From a virus (taxonomy: Duplodnaviria > Caudoviricetes): a stretch of 64,000 bases of DNA. Of this stretch, positions 25,056-36,208 are shown piece after piece. Both the position numbers and the translations under genes were made by a program. The DNA lies in IMG/VR virus record IMGVR_UViG_3300032236_001631, positions 1 to 64,000 of that record; one strand, given 5' to 3'. Each line of letters begins with the position of its first letter. Within the stretch, counting starts at the first letter, position 1. Below the pieces are notes generated by a model. That model did not search any database. It saw nothing but the letters and a program-made list of their open reading frames with translations, and was not told the DNA's origin.

Positions 25056-26110
25056 AAATAATAGAAATACCTTTAGAAATAACCTGTGATTGTACTCCTG
25101 TTCCTACTCCAACAGGAACTCCTAGACCTACGCCTACACCTACACCTGTACCAACTCCTACACCTACCCATACTCCAACTCCTACTCCAACTCCTACACC
25201 TACTCCGACACCAACTCCAACACCTACTCCAACGCCAACGCCAACGGTAAGACCTACTGTTACTCCAACTCCTACACCAACTCCTACATTACCTCCAACT
25301 CCTACACCAACTCCTACACCAACTCCTACATTACCTCCATTACCTTCATTACCTCCTATATATCCACCATATAATCCTCCTAAATATCCAAAACAAAAAG
25401 TTGTTCCATCTCCTCCTTCTCCTCCTCCTCCTATAATTGGTGTTAATTCGTGTTATATAGGATTTGGAGCATCTACAGGTGCATATAATTCTGAACAATG
25501 GGTTCATGATTTTATTTTTACTAATAACTATCAAACAATTAGATTGAGTGATATTGTTAATAATCCTGCTATTGTAGGAAATGCTATAATAGAAAATGGT
25601 CAGATAAGATTGACACCACCAGTATATGCACAAGCAGGAAATGTATATTATGATATTCCTGCATATGTTACGGATATAAATAATAACTATATAGATTTTT
25701 CTGTATATATGAAGATGTCTATGGGTGGTACAACATCAGGACAACATGCTGATGGTCTTGGTTTTATAATGCAAAGTAATACTACTGATTTTGGTGGAGG
25801 TGGTGGTGGAATTGGTTATGGTGGAATTCCTAATAGTATTGGTATCATGTGTGATAATTACCAAAACGAGTTTGATCCAAATAATAATCACATGGAACTT
25901 GATGTAAATGGTGTTGTTGAAAACTCTTTAATAACAGCCACACCTTCATTCGAAATGTGGCAACCAGATCCCTATGTTTATAGATATATTTGGATAGATT
26001 ATAAAAATGGAATATTTTATATCTATATTTCAGAAAGTAATTCAAAACCATTAACACCTCTTATAACATATGAATTGGATATAAGAAATTATCTAATTCT
26101 TAATAACTAA
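25052..26110 (+). CDS. Pro/Thr-linker plus L-type (legume) lectin domain protein
   Basis: (PT)n stalk; [25 protein letters not shown] motifs. Confidence 0.8.
   Translation: MKIIEIPLEITCDCTPVPTPTGTPRPTPTPTPVPTPTPTHTPTPTPTPTPTPTPTPTPTPTPTPTVRPTVTPTPTPTPTLPPTPTPTPTPTPTLPPLPSLPPIYPPYNPPKYPKQKVVPSPPSPPPPIIGVNSCYIGFGASTGAYNSEQWVHDFIFTNNYQTIRLSDIVNNPAIVGNAIIENGQIRLTPPVYAQAGNVYYDIPAYVTDINNNYIDFSVYMKMSMGGTTSGQHADGLGFIMQSNTTDFGGGGGGIGYGGIPNSIGIMCDNYQNEFDPNNNHMELDVNGVVENSLITATPSFEMWQPDPYVYRYIWIDYKNGIFYIYISESNSKPLTPLITYELDIRNYLILNN
25094..25340 (+). repeat. Coding (Pro-Thr)n 6-bp repeat
   Basis: ccwacw iterations. Confidence 0.9.
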
Positions 26111-26152
26111 GATATTACTTTTTTAGGCTCTTTTACTAAATATTAGAGTAAC

Positions 26153-29100
26153 ATGGCATCAACTCAGGCATATTTCATAAACGAAGTAGGTACTTGGCCC
26201 AATGAAGTCTATAAAATAGCTTTATCTGGTCAATTAATCAATCCTGATTTAAATTATTTACCAGCCGAAAACTTTTTTCGTTTTTATAAAGATTCTACAC
26301 TGCCTATAAACTATCTATCAAAATATGATTATCTTGCTACAAGACCTTCATTCGATGCACAAGGATTGGTACAGATAGATACATATAGTAATTCCTTATT
26401 GGTTTGGAATGTTAGTGCAGAAAGAAGATCATTCAATATTGGAAATATTTTCAATTCTCTTAATATTGATGTAAAACCGGGTGTTCCTGCTGACCAGAAG
26501 TTTTATTCTTATCTTCTATATCCAAAAAGACTTTTTTTAAAACCAACAGGTATTCCTACTCTTGTTGGTGGTAATTGGGTTTTAAATACTCAAACAGTAT
26601 TATTAGATACTAATACTTCTTATTTTTATTCTTCTGCTGTAGATACTGATGTTGCATATGCACACTTAAATTATCTTAAAACCCAACCATCAACAACTTC
26701 CATACCTTCAAACTCTAATTTCTCACTTGTTTATAACATTTCTGCAACTCGTACTAGAGCAGATTTACCATTAATAAACTTTACCAATACATATAATCCA
26801 GTTTATTATTCAACTGTTTTAGAAAACGTTCCAGTAGGAATTACTGATAAATGCAGAATCAGACCCAATTCTACCTATATATCATATGCTGTAAATTTTT
26901 ATGCTAATGATGAAAATAAAAATACAATTTTAGGAAATCTTGGTCAGATAAGACCTGATACTATTAATACAACTCTTCCAACAATTAAATCTTCTTATAT
27001 AATGAATTACGATCCTAATGGATCTAATCCTAATCTACAAGCTTTCCAGCTTTTACAGATTAAGAATGATGGAGATAAGAATATAGATCTTAGTGATGCA
27101 AGATATTGTGTATTAAGTGGTGTATTTGATCTGTCCACAAGTAACTTTACCTACTATAGTGATAACTATCAATCTTCCAATGGTTCTATAGTAAACGTAG
27201 TAACTGGTATACCTGATACATATATTGGAGTAAGCTATATAGCAGACTGTCCTACCATGCAGTTTTCTCAAGAGAGATGGCAAGATACTGTTATTTCTGT
27301 AGAAACACAATTAGGTACTCCTATCAGTACAACATCAATACCTGCAAGTATTAACTGGACTACAAAATACCCACCTCATTATTATTCTTATAAGGTATCT
27401 CTTTCTGGATCAGCAGAAAGTACTTACAATACATTGAGTTCATTGATGGAAACATCAAATCTTACTTGGTATCTATATTCATCAGCTGTATCTGCTGGAT
27501 ATACTTCAAGTAACTATACAACTTCTATAGCACTATCTTCATTTATAACATCTGACTATAACTTTGTAAGTTATGATCTTTTTAATGGAGCAAATAAAGA
27601 CTATATTAAGTTTACTCCTTTAGTAAAATCAAATACAATATTTCTTTCTTCTCTATATTGTTATTACGGAAAAGATTTAAATAATTCTTATTCATTGATA
27701 GATACACCTTGGATTCCTGCTTCTGCTGCAAATAACTTCATTATTACATATCCTGTAGTTACTCATGGTGAGTTAAATTTCTCAATTAGACCCACTCTTT
27801 GTTCTATAGCTGGTTATCTTGATGCATATCAAGCAACGCAAATAAACTTGGCAATAGGACAAGCTCCTGTAAATATTGGTCAACCAATCTTTATATCAAA
27901 GATAATGGAAGTAGAAGATTATATAGAAGTAGATTCTTCTTTCTTAATATCTGCAAGTTCTTGGCCCACAAGAGATTTAACAAATTCCTATGTTTCTTGG
28001 TTTTTTACACCAACAAGTACATTTGTAAGCATCAATGCAGTTGATTCTAATGGAATTTATCTACAGCAAATTCCTGCATTTAGTGCTGTTCCTTTTAATT
28101 CTAATACATGGGCAGTAGTTGTTTCTGGATATGGTCCGCAGACAACAGTAATCAATCTTTCATCACAGAAATATAATGAAGTGACAAATCTTACTTCAAA
28201 TTCTTCGTTGTTTAATTATTTCACCGAAGGAAAACTTTTAGTAGGATCTCCTCTTGGTCTTAACAATTATAATCCTACAAGAACAATTTATCTAACCGCT
28301 GGTGTTCCTTATAAAGGAAGACAGTATAATCTTCCAAACAATACACAAGTTAGTTGGATTTGGTCTTATAATAATGATATAAATTATGAAACAATTCCTG
28401 TCAGTGCTTATTTCTTACCAACACTAAGTTCATATCCATACGGTTATGATTTAGACAGTTCTCTTTTAAGTTCTGTTACAATTAATGTAATTCCTCCCTT
28501 TAAGGCTGATACTCCACAAGTTAATAATGTTAATACAACAATTTCTATTGATACACAAGATGGATTAATACAAGGAAATTATAATTTTTATGTTGATGAT
28601 TTTCCAGATCCTTCTATTTTTAATACAGACTTTGCTGCTTACTATACTGCCTTCCAAGATGTTTCTGCACAAATTCTTAGTACAAGAGATGGTAAAAATG
28701 TAATAACAAGACCAAACGATGGAACTAATAATTTTACATTCTCTGCATTAGGAGATGTTATTCCTAATATTACAAATGCTACTATAGTTTGGAATTTATC
28801 AAGTGATAGTGGATATAACATTCAAAGCTATTCATTAAATCCAATAAATTTTACAACATCAAATGTATCAAAAACATTAGTTACATTAAGTGCTTTAAGT
28901 GCTGTTGTTCCCGGTTGGACAAGTGCTCATAATGTACAATCAAATGTTATTGTTTATGTCTTAGATTCAGTAACATTCTACACTCCTTTGGATTTCTTAT
29001 CAATACCTGAGTTCTTCTGGATTGATGGAAGAAACCTAATCATCAGTAATCAGACAAATTATACATTACTTTCTGTTAACACAGCATTTGAAAATAAAAC

Positions 29101-31852
29101 ATCAAATAGTCAAAGATATTATCTATCTGCTAATAAGTCATTCTTGAATGATTTTAAATATTATACAGGATCTACTAATTCAACAAATATTAGCGGAGTT
29201 TCTTCATATTATCAACTAGTTGATATTCCATATCAAAGTGAATTTTTTACCAATATTGGATTACCTATAAGTCTCACTGCTTACAATGATACTACATTCC
29301 CTGAATATAATGGAATTTATTACAGCATACCAGTAGGATCAAATCTTGTAACTTCTAAATTTAATATCACAAGTCAAAGTGAAATAGGAAATTCAATACC
29401 ATTAAAAAATTCTCCTAAGTTAATTCCTTATAGTCCTATAACCGTTTCTTTTACTTCAAATACAACTTCTATTAATCTTGATACTGATAGAATTGTATCA
29501 GTAACACAAACAATTAGTACAAATCCACTTGAATCTGCTGTACAGCTTATAGATGGAACCATTACCTATACACTTTCCACATATTATTGGAGTGTTAATA
29601 AAGATATTCCAGCAATCAATGGATCATATGATATATTCCAACTTTCTATAGGTGATCCTATTAATGAATTGACTGTTAGTGGAACAAAAAATAATAGTCT
29701 TTTTCTATCTGCATCTGCCAACCTTTCGAAGAAAATATATCCTTCTACATTTAGCAATTATGCAGAAAATCAATATACCGGACCTAGAGATATCTGGAAT
29801 ACTGTAACACAGACAGTAACATCACTTTCTGGATTCACACCTATAGCTGCAAATAGTAATGCTATAAATCCTGAAATTTATATTTCAACAACATATGCAT
29901 TAACCGGACAAAATATTTTTATCCAATATAATACTCCATATAATCAAAGTGAATATTATGTAGTTGCTTATATGACAGATTTCGGTGAACCAGACTCTGC
30001 TAGAATATCTGCATATGATTCATCCATTTTTTATAACTATAAGAAAAAGGGAACTTTCTATATTTCTTACAGTGCATTATACAATGATGGATCTATAAAA
30101 TACTATCAACATCCTAATCCTATAATAATCGAACCTTCATGGGAAGTATATGATCCTAATGCTCTTAGATTCATAGAAGAAACAACTCTTACACTTCCTT
30201 ATAATGATCAAGATATAATGATTCAACCGAATGAATGGGGAGATGCTGATATTTTTAATACATCTATTTTTAGATTACAGGATAATCTTGACTATCTTGC
30301 TTCAAATTTACAGACACTTAATACTGCTTCTCCTACATTATTATTCGGTTGGCTTGGAAGTAATGCTGTGAATCAAGTAGATGGTATCAGATGGTATACA
30401 AAAGATTTTGGTAGTGAATATCATCTCAATCCTTCTCTTTCAATATCAACAGGAACCACTTATTTTAATAGCATTAAGGATGCTATAGAAATAAATGATC
30501 ATATATTTGTAATTGATAGTACAAAGTTTAGATCATTCTCTGCTGGTAACTTTGCTCCTGATATTAATTTTATAGGTTCATCTGATTTAGATTCTGTATT
30601 CTTAACTCCTATTTCCATAGAAACAAATGATACTGGTGATATAATATATGTTGCAGATCCTCCTAAAAATAAAATTTATAGATTTGATATGGAATATAAT
30701 GGATATAATTCCGTATTAAATTATACATTAAATATAGGTAGTCTTGGATCTAAACAAGATACAAACAAATTCAATTCACCATCTGAATTAGCATTTGGTT
30801 TAGGAAATCTTTTTGTTCTTGATTATAATAATTTCTGTATAAAAGAATATAATCCAGACTTGAATTGGATTCATACATATAGCGCAGATGAATTAGATGA
30901 TGATCAACCAATAAACATCGCAGTTCATCCTAGATTTGGATTCCTTTATGTATTAACAAAATCACATACAGTTTATGTATTTGATCCTCTCGCAACAACA
31001 TACTTCTCAAAATTCTTCATTCCTCAAACTTCTTCTAAAAAAATAGTTAAAATGATATTTGATGAAGTAGGAGATTTCTTATATATTATAGGAACCAATA
31101 ATGTTTACAAGTATTCTTCGTCTGGATACTTTATATCTGAATTAAATCTTCCTTCTGGATTAACATATATAGGAGGAAAAAAGTCTTCTAATCGTTCTAT
31201 ACTTCTTTTCACAGAAAAAGCTATTATAAAACTACAAGATATTCTTGAGGTTCATAAGGTAGGAGAAGGATTACCTTCACAATATTGGTCTAAAGATCAA
31301 TTAATAGTGGATAGAGATGAATTAGCTTCTGATACAAACTATAATCGCTGTTTGGTTAGAATGGCACAGAACCTAAAGACATTTAGAAATTCATTAAACT
31401 ATAAACTAGTTCTTGCTACAGAACAAACATCTACAAATATCATTACATATTTTGCTTCTGTTCCTATAGCAATATCAGATCGTCCTATATTTGATCCTAC
31501 AATAGAAGGAGAGGTGTTAAGTGTAGGTGTTAATGAATTACATTTACCACAATCAATTAATAAAGAATTAATTAAGCTTTATAGTGCGGTATATGATTTA
31601 AAATCTTTCTTAGATATCACTAACTATAATATCCAAAGTAACAATACTTCTGGTGGATGTGGATCACAGTTCTGTTGGTCTTGGAAAGCTATGTCATGCT
31701 ACAATTTAACGCTACCTGCTGTTAGAATTTGTAATATCAATCCTATTACATATGCAGAATTAGAATCATCATTCCCTGTAAGCTATGCACCAACAAAAAC
31801 ATGGATAGATGCTACTTCAGAATGTTGTAATAAAGTGATACCTCCAGTATAA
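26153..31852 (+). CDS. Very large putative virion protein with C-terminal NHL/beta-propeller region
   Basis: 1899 aa; IYVADPPKNKI, FNSPSELAF, LFVLDYNN, QPINIAV. Confidence 0.7.
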   Translation: MASTQAYFINEVGTWPNEVYKIALSGQLINPDLNYLPAENFFRFYKDSTLPINYLSKYDYLATRPSFDAQGLVQIDTYSNSLLVWNVSAERRSFNIGNIFNSLNIDVKPGVPADQKFYSYLLYPKRLFLKPTGIPTLVGGNWVLNTQTVLLDTNTSYFYSSAVDTDVAYAHLNYLKTQPSTTSIPSNSNFSLVYNISATRTRADLPLINFTNTYNPVYYSTVLENVPVGITDKCRIRPNSTYISYAVNFYANDENKNTILGNLGQIRPDTINTTLPTIKSSYIMNYDPNGSNPNLQAFQLLQIKNDGDKNIDLSDARYCVLSGVFDLSTSNFTYYSDNYQSSNGSIVNVVTGIPDTYIGVSYIADCPTMQFSQERWQDTVISVETQLGTPISTTSIPASINWTTKYPPHYYSYKVSLSGSAESTYNTLSSLMETSNLTWYLYSSAVSAGYTSSNYTTSIALSSFITSDYNFVSYDLFNGANKDYIKFTPLVKSNTIFLSSLYCYYGKDLNNSYSLIDTPWIPASAANNFIITYPVVTHGELNFSIRPTLCSIAGYLDAYQATQINLAIGQAPVNIGQPIFISKIMEVEDYIEVDSSFLISASSWPTRDLTNSYVSWFFTPTSTFVSINAVDSNGIYLQQIPAFSAVPFNSNTWAVVVSGYGPQTTVINLSSQKYNEVTNLTSNSSLFNYFTEGKLLVGSPLGLNNYNPTRTIYLTAGVPYKGRQYNLPNNTQVSWIWSYNNDINYETIPVSAYFLPTLSSYPYGYDLDSSLLSSVTINVIPPFKADTPQVNNVNTTISIDTQDGLIQGNYNFYVDDFPDPSIFNTDFAAYYTAFQDVSAQILSTRDGKNVITRPNDGTNNFTFSALGDVIPNITNATIVWNLSSDSGYNIQSYSLNPINFTTSNVSKTLVTLSALSAVVPGWTSAHNVQSNVIVYVLDSVTFYTPLDFLSIPEFFWIDGRNLIISNQTNYTLLSVNTAFENKTSNSQRYYLSANKSFLNDFKYYTGSTNSTNISGVSSYYQLVDIPYQSEFFTNIGLPISLTAYNDTTFPEYNGIYYSIPVGSNLVTSKFNITSQSEIGNSIPLKNSPKLIPYSPITVSFTSNTTSINLDTDRIVSVTQTISTNPLESAVQLIDGTITYTLSTYYWSVNKDIPAINGSYDIFQLSIGDPINELTVSGTKNNSLFLSASANLSKKIYPSTFSNYAENQYTGPRDIWNTVTQTVTSLSGFTPIAANSNAINPEIYISTTYALTGQNIFIQYNTPYNQSEYYVVAYMTDFGEPDSARISAYDSSIFYNYKKKGTFYISYSALYNDGSIKYYQHPNPIIIEPSWEVYDPNALRFIEETTLTLPYNDQDIMIQPNEWGDADIFNTSIFRLQDNLDYLASNLQTLNTASPTLLFGWLGSNAVNQVDGIRWYTKDFGSEYHLNPSLSISTGTTYFNSIKDAIEINDHIFVIDSTKFRSFSAGNFAPDINFIGSSDLDSVFLTPISIETNDTGDIIYVADPPKNKIYRFDMEYNGYNSVLNYTLNIGSLGSKQDTNKFNSPSELAFGLGNLFVLDYNNFCIKEYNPDLNWIHTYSADELDDDQPINIAVHPRFGFLYVLTKSHTVYVFDPLATTYFSKFFIPQTSSKKIVKMIFDEVGDFLYIIGTNNVYKYSSSGYFISELNLPSGLTYIGGKKSSNRSILLFTEKAIIKLQDILEVHKVGEGLPSQYWSKDQLIVDRDELASDTNYNRCLVRMAQNLKTFRNSLNYKLVLATEQTSTNIITYFASVPIAISDRPIFDPTIEGEVLSVGVNELHLPQSINKELIKLYSAVYDLKSFLDITNYNIQSNNTSGGCGSQFCWSWKAMSCYNLTLPAVRICNINPITYAELESSFPVSYAPTKTWIDATSECCNKVIPPV

Positions 31853-31855
31853 ATA
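31848..31855 (+). promoter_or_regulatory. T4-type late promoter
   Basis: TATAAATA upstream of the tail fibre gene. Confidence 0.7.
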
Positions 31856-31918
31856 TTTGTACATTCGATAAAGTGACCCGCATGGGTTCCAGTAGAAATA
31901 CTGCGACTTGAGAATAAT

Positions 31919-34900
31919 ATGAGTAATAGATTTCACAACAAATGGCATAGACGTAATCACCATACCTACGGTAATGGTAGCAATCCTGACGCTGGACATG
32001 ATCCAATAGCGAGTCAACAACAACCTTTCTTAGGAGAATTCGTTCTCTCTGGTTCTTTAAGTGCAACGGCTCCTTTGAGTGCTTATGCAGCTTTCTTATA
32101 CACTGATCATACTGCTCTCTGTGCTTATGCAGGAACTCGTGGTGCTTTAGTTCATAGTGAAGGATATCTTGGTATTGAGGTATGGAGTACAAAATCCACT
32201 GCTCTCTCTGCATATGCTCCTAAAGTTGCAATTGAAGCTGCTTCACCTGTAAGAACTCTTAGTGCATATGCTGGTTATCTTGGAGCCGATATCTATTCAG
32301 ATGTAAGAGCAATCTCTGCTTATGGTAATTTTGTAGGTATTGATGTTTATAGTCCTAGAATAGCCCTTTCTGCTTCTGGTGGACAAGTAGGTATAGAAGC
32401 ACACTCACACTCCAGAGCATTATCTGCCTATGGTCAATTTATTGGTGGAGAATTTTACAGCCCAAGAACAGCACTCTCTGCATGGGGAGGAATTATAGGA
32501 TTAGAAGTAGGTTCTCCTAATATTGCTTTAAGTGCTTATGGTAATGATATTGGTGGTGCTTTCTATTCTGATCAAAAAGCACTATCTGCGTATGGTGTAG
32601 TAGTAGGTGCTGAGTTATTCAGTCCCAGACGAGCATTATCTGCTTATGGTGGTCAAATAGGATTAGAAACATTTTCTCCTAAATGGGGCTTGTCAGCATG
32701 GGGCGGTTATGTTGGTGTAGAATCATATTCCAACAATAGAGCAATTTCGGCATATGGACAGATAGTTGCTGGTGAATTTTATAGTCCTATAAGAGCATTA
32801 TCTGCATGGGGAGGAGTTTTAGGTGCAAGTATAGGATCTCCTAATATTGCTCTAAGTGCTTATGGAAGAAGAATTGGTGGTGCTTTTTATTCTGATGAAA
32901 AAGCATTATCTGCTTATGGTATCGTAGTAGGTGCTGAACTTTATAGTCCAAGAGCCGCACTTTCAGCATGGGGAGGTCAGGTTGGTTTAGAAGTAGTTTC
33001 TCCTACAAGAGCTTTAAGTGCTTTTGGTAGTTACCTCGGAGCCGATATTTATTCAAATAACAGAGCAATCTCTGCATATGGACAAGTAGTTGCTGGAGAA
33101 TTTTATAGTCCAAGAAGAGCACTCTCCGCATGGGGAGGTACAGTTGGTCTTGATGTTTCATCACCTTATTGGGGATTAAGTTCCTATGGTGGTTTAATGG
33201 CTATTGGTGCTTATTCTGATAACGTAGCACTTTCTGGTTATGGCGCATTGACAGGTATCAAGGTAGAAGGCGGAACTGTTGGTGGTATGTTCCATAGTCC
33301 ATTTATCTCACTCTCAACAGGTGGTGGAGGTATTAATATTTTCAATAGTAGAACTGGTATCTACAAGAGACCAGCAGATTATTATGGTCTTTCACAAAAA
33401 GGACAGGTAGTTCTTGATGTTGGCGGTGATACTTGGATTGCTGGTAGTTTAACAGTTACAGGCGATCTTTCGGCTCTTGGTAATATTTCTTATCTTGATA
33501 CTAATGTAACTGTAACTAGTGCATTTAAAGTTTATAATACAGGAACCGCCCCTGCTGCTACCTTTATTCAAAGTGGAGCACAACCAATTTTACAATGCTT
33601 TGATGGTGATATATCTACAAGTATACCATCTCTTATAGTTGATGGTGCTACTAATGGTTGGGTAGGTCTCGGAGTAGTAACTCCTACTGCTCCTTTTAAT
33701 ATTGTTAAGAGTAGTGCCTCTGGTGAATTAGCCAGTGCAAATCAACCTCATGTAAGAATCTACGATGGCACTGTTAATAAAATTATTGCTGGTACATATG
33801 GTACTAATAACGGTGGAGCTAATCCCGGTGCCGCTACAAATCCTTATATTGGAACCGAAAATTCTGTACCTTTTGATTTATATACAAACAACCAACAAAG
33901 AGTATCTATATTATCTAATGGTAATGTAGGTGTTAATGATGCAGGTGCTCGTGCGAAGGTTTCTGTATTTGCCAATGATGCAACAAGTAACTATAGAGCA
34001 ATCTCCGCATATGGAACATTTGTAGGTGCTGTATTTGCATCACCTATGAGAGCACTAAGTGCCTATGGTGCTTATACTGCTGGTGAATTCTATTCAGATA
34101 AGAGAGCACTCTCCGCATGGGGAGGTATAGTAGGTGCTGATATAGCTTCTTCTCAAATAGCTCTTTCAGCATGGGGAGGAACCTATGGTGCAATCATAGC
34201 TGGTGGTACAACTAGAATTAACTATGATGGTGGTGGTTCAACCTATATTAATACAAATAATGGTGTAGCAACTACAGTAGGTATTGGTAATACATTAGCA
34301 ACATTAACAACTCTTGGTTCCACAACAATCAATAATAATGCTGGAACTAATACTACAGGAATCGGTACAGGAACTACTACAGGAAAGATTACTATCGGTA
34401 ATACTGGTCTTACTGGTGGTATTGAAATGGATGGCGCAACAATCAGTATCAATGATAATGCTGGAACATATGTAACAAACATAGCTACAACAGGTACTTC
34501 TGGTGCAGTATCCATAGCAAATGGAACAGCTACAAGTAATGTTTCTCTTGGTAATGGTACAGGTTCTAATACACTTTTAGGAAATCCTGTTAACATCAAT
34601 GTTGACAATGGAACTGATATAACTAATATTGGAACAGGTACGACTTCTGGTGCTGTTAATATTGCAACAGGAACAGGAAATGTTTCTATTGGAAATTCTA
34701 CTGGATCATTAACAGTTAATGGTAATGCTGGTACTATATCTACTGCAAGTACTCTTGGTGTAACAACTGGTAGCACTGTAAGTGTAAACACAACAACAGC
34801 CAGAACAACTAACTTAAACACTGGTACTGGTGCTGTAACAACAACCATTGGTAATGCTGGTACTGTTGCAGTTGCTGGTAGTACGGCAGTTACACTAACA

Positions 34901-36172
34901 GGACCTACTACAATCAATAATAATGCTGGAACTAATACTACAGTTATTAATACAGGAACAACCACAGGTAATATTCAGATTGGTAATACTACTGGTTCTA
35001 CTACTGCATTAGTTGGTATCGGAACAAGTCCTTCAGTAAGATTAGATATCAGTAATAATGCAACAGTACCATCTGCTGCCACAGGAACAACTGTCCATGT
35101 GACTCAAACTGATAGTACAAATAATAGAGTATTAGTTGATTCATTTGGTTTGGTTAGTGTTGCTAGACCAGCCTTCACAGGAAGACATGCAAGAAATACT
35201 GCCGCATCTCCAACTGCTGTTTCAACTGATGATGTTCTTTGTGAATTCACTGGTCAAGGATATGGAGCTACTGGATATTCAAGTACTTCTCGTGGTAGAA
35301 TGACAATTCGTTCTGCTGAAGGATGGACTGATACAGCACAAGGAACATATTTAACATATGAAACTACAACAATAGGCGGTACTTCAACAACAGAAAAATT
35401 AAGAATTACAGATGCTGGAAATGTCGGTATTGGTACAAATAATCCAGCTGCAACCTTAACTGTTAATGGTCAGATAAGTGCAAACGGAGCAATTACATCA
35501 ACAAATGGTTTTACAACCATTGATAGATTTGGTACTAATTACTCTGTATTTTATAGAGCAAACGACAAGACCAAACTTTATGATAGTTCTTATGGTGATG
35601 TATTATATTATGATACATCTGGTCAGGTTGGTATTGGTGGAATACCAACTAGTGGTAAAAGACTATCTGTGTCAGGAGATTTATATTTTACTGGAGAAAT
35701 TAATGGACCTCTTGCAAGTTCTTCTAGTTTCAATAGTGCTGCAAATACAACAACTGCTTCTCCGGGTCAAGCTGCATTTAATACTACAGTTTCAATGCAA
35801 GCTAATAGTAGTTATGAATTAACTTATAATGTTTTATATACAACAAGTGCTGGTGGGCAAGCCACATTTGCATTATCAGGAAACAATACATTTAATGGTT
35901 CTGGTTTTATCTCTCATTCTAACACTGGAGGTATTGGAACTAATGCGGCTTCTGGTTCTTTAGGTGGGGCTAGTATAACTCTTTCTACAAATTTATTAAC
36001 TCTGACAAAACCTGTAGCAAGCACGGCATCAACAACTCAAGGTGCAAATATTACTTTTTACGTTCAAACTGGAAGCAGTGCAACGACAGCTAATTTAGTT
36101 GTATGGAATTCTACAGCTGGAACCATAGCAGTTAAACAAGGCTCCTATTGGAAGAAAACAAATCTAAATTAA
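31919..36172 (+). CDS. Tail fibre / receptor-binding protein
   Basis: 1417 aa; 18-aa ALSAxG repeats, Gly/Thr/Asn-rich beta repeats, GNVGIGT motifs. Confidence 0.8.
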   Translation: MSNRFHNKWHRRNHHTYGNGSNPDAGHDPIASQQQPFLGEFVLSGSLSATAPLSAYAAFLYTDHTALCAYAGTRGALVHSEGYLGIEVWSTKSTALSAYAPKVAIEAASPVRTLSAYAGYLGADIYSDVRAISAYGNFVGIDVYSPRIALSASGGQVGIEAHSHSRALSAYGQFIGGEFYSPRTALSAWGGIIGLEVGSPNIALSAYGNDIGGAFYSDQKALSAYGVVVGAELFSPRRALSAYGGQIGLETFSPKWGLSAWGGYVGVESYSNNRAISAYGQIVAGEFYSPIRALSAWGGVLGASIGSPNIALSAYGRRIGGAFYSDEKALSAYGIVVGAELYSPRAALSAWGGQVGLEVVSPTRALSAFGSYLGADIYSNNRAISAYGQVVAGEFYSPRRALSAWGGTVGLDVSSPYWGLSSYGGLMAIGAYSDNVALSGYGALTGIKVEGGTVGGMFHSPFISLSTGGGGINIFNSRTGIYKRPADYYGLSQKGQVVLDVGGDTWIAGSLTVTGDLSALGNISYLDTNVTVTSAFKVYNTGTAPAATFIQSGAQPILQCFDGDISTSIPSLIVDGATNGWVGLGVVTPTAPFNIVKSSASGELASANQPHVRIYDGTVNKIIAGTYGTNNGGANPGAATNPYIGTENSVPFDLYTNNQQRVSILSNGNVGVNDAGARAKVSVFANDATSNYRAISAYGTFVGAVFASPMRALSAYGAYTAGEFYSDKRALSAWGGIVGADIASSQIALSAWGGTYGAIIAGGTTRINYDGGGSTYINTNNGVATTVGIGNTLATLTTLGSTTINNNAGTNTTGIGTGTTTGKITIGNTGLTGGIEMDGATISINDNAGTYVTNIATTGTSGAVSIANGTATSNVSLGNGTGSNTLLGNPVNINVDNGTDITNIGTGTTSGAVNIATGTGNVSIGNSTGSLTVNGNAGTISTASTLGVTTGSTVSVNTTTARTTNLNTGTGAVTTTIGNAGTVAVAGSTAVTLTGPTTINNNAGTNTTVINTGTTTGNIQIGNTTGSTTALVGIGTSPSVRLDISNNATVPSAATGTTVHVTQTDSTNNRVLVDSFGLVSVARPAFTGRHARNTAASPTAVSTDDVLCEFTGQGYGATGYSSTSRGRMTIRSAEGWTDTAQGTYLTYETTTIGGTSTTEKLRITDAGNVGIGTNNPAATLTVNGQISANGAITSTNGFTTIDRFGTNYSVFYRANDKTKLYDSSYGDVLYYDTSGQVGIGGIPTSGKRLSVSGDLYFTGEINGPLASSSSFNSAANTTTASPGQAAFNTTVSMQANSSYELTYNVLYTTSAGGQATFALSGNNTFNGSGFISHSNTGGIGTNAASGSLGGASITLSTNLLTLTKPVASTASTTQGANITFYVQTGSSATTANLVVWNSTAGTIAVKQGSYWKKTNLN

Positions 36173-36208
36173 GTATAGAAAATAAGAGTTTTCCATTAAA
36201 TATTAATA

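Noticed and set aside
34243-34965. 240-aa minus-strand ORF (likewise 39285..39635 and 18298..18618)
   Set aside because: Antisense open frames produced by low-complexity codon bias in the real genes.
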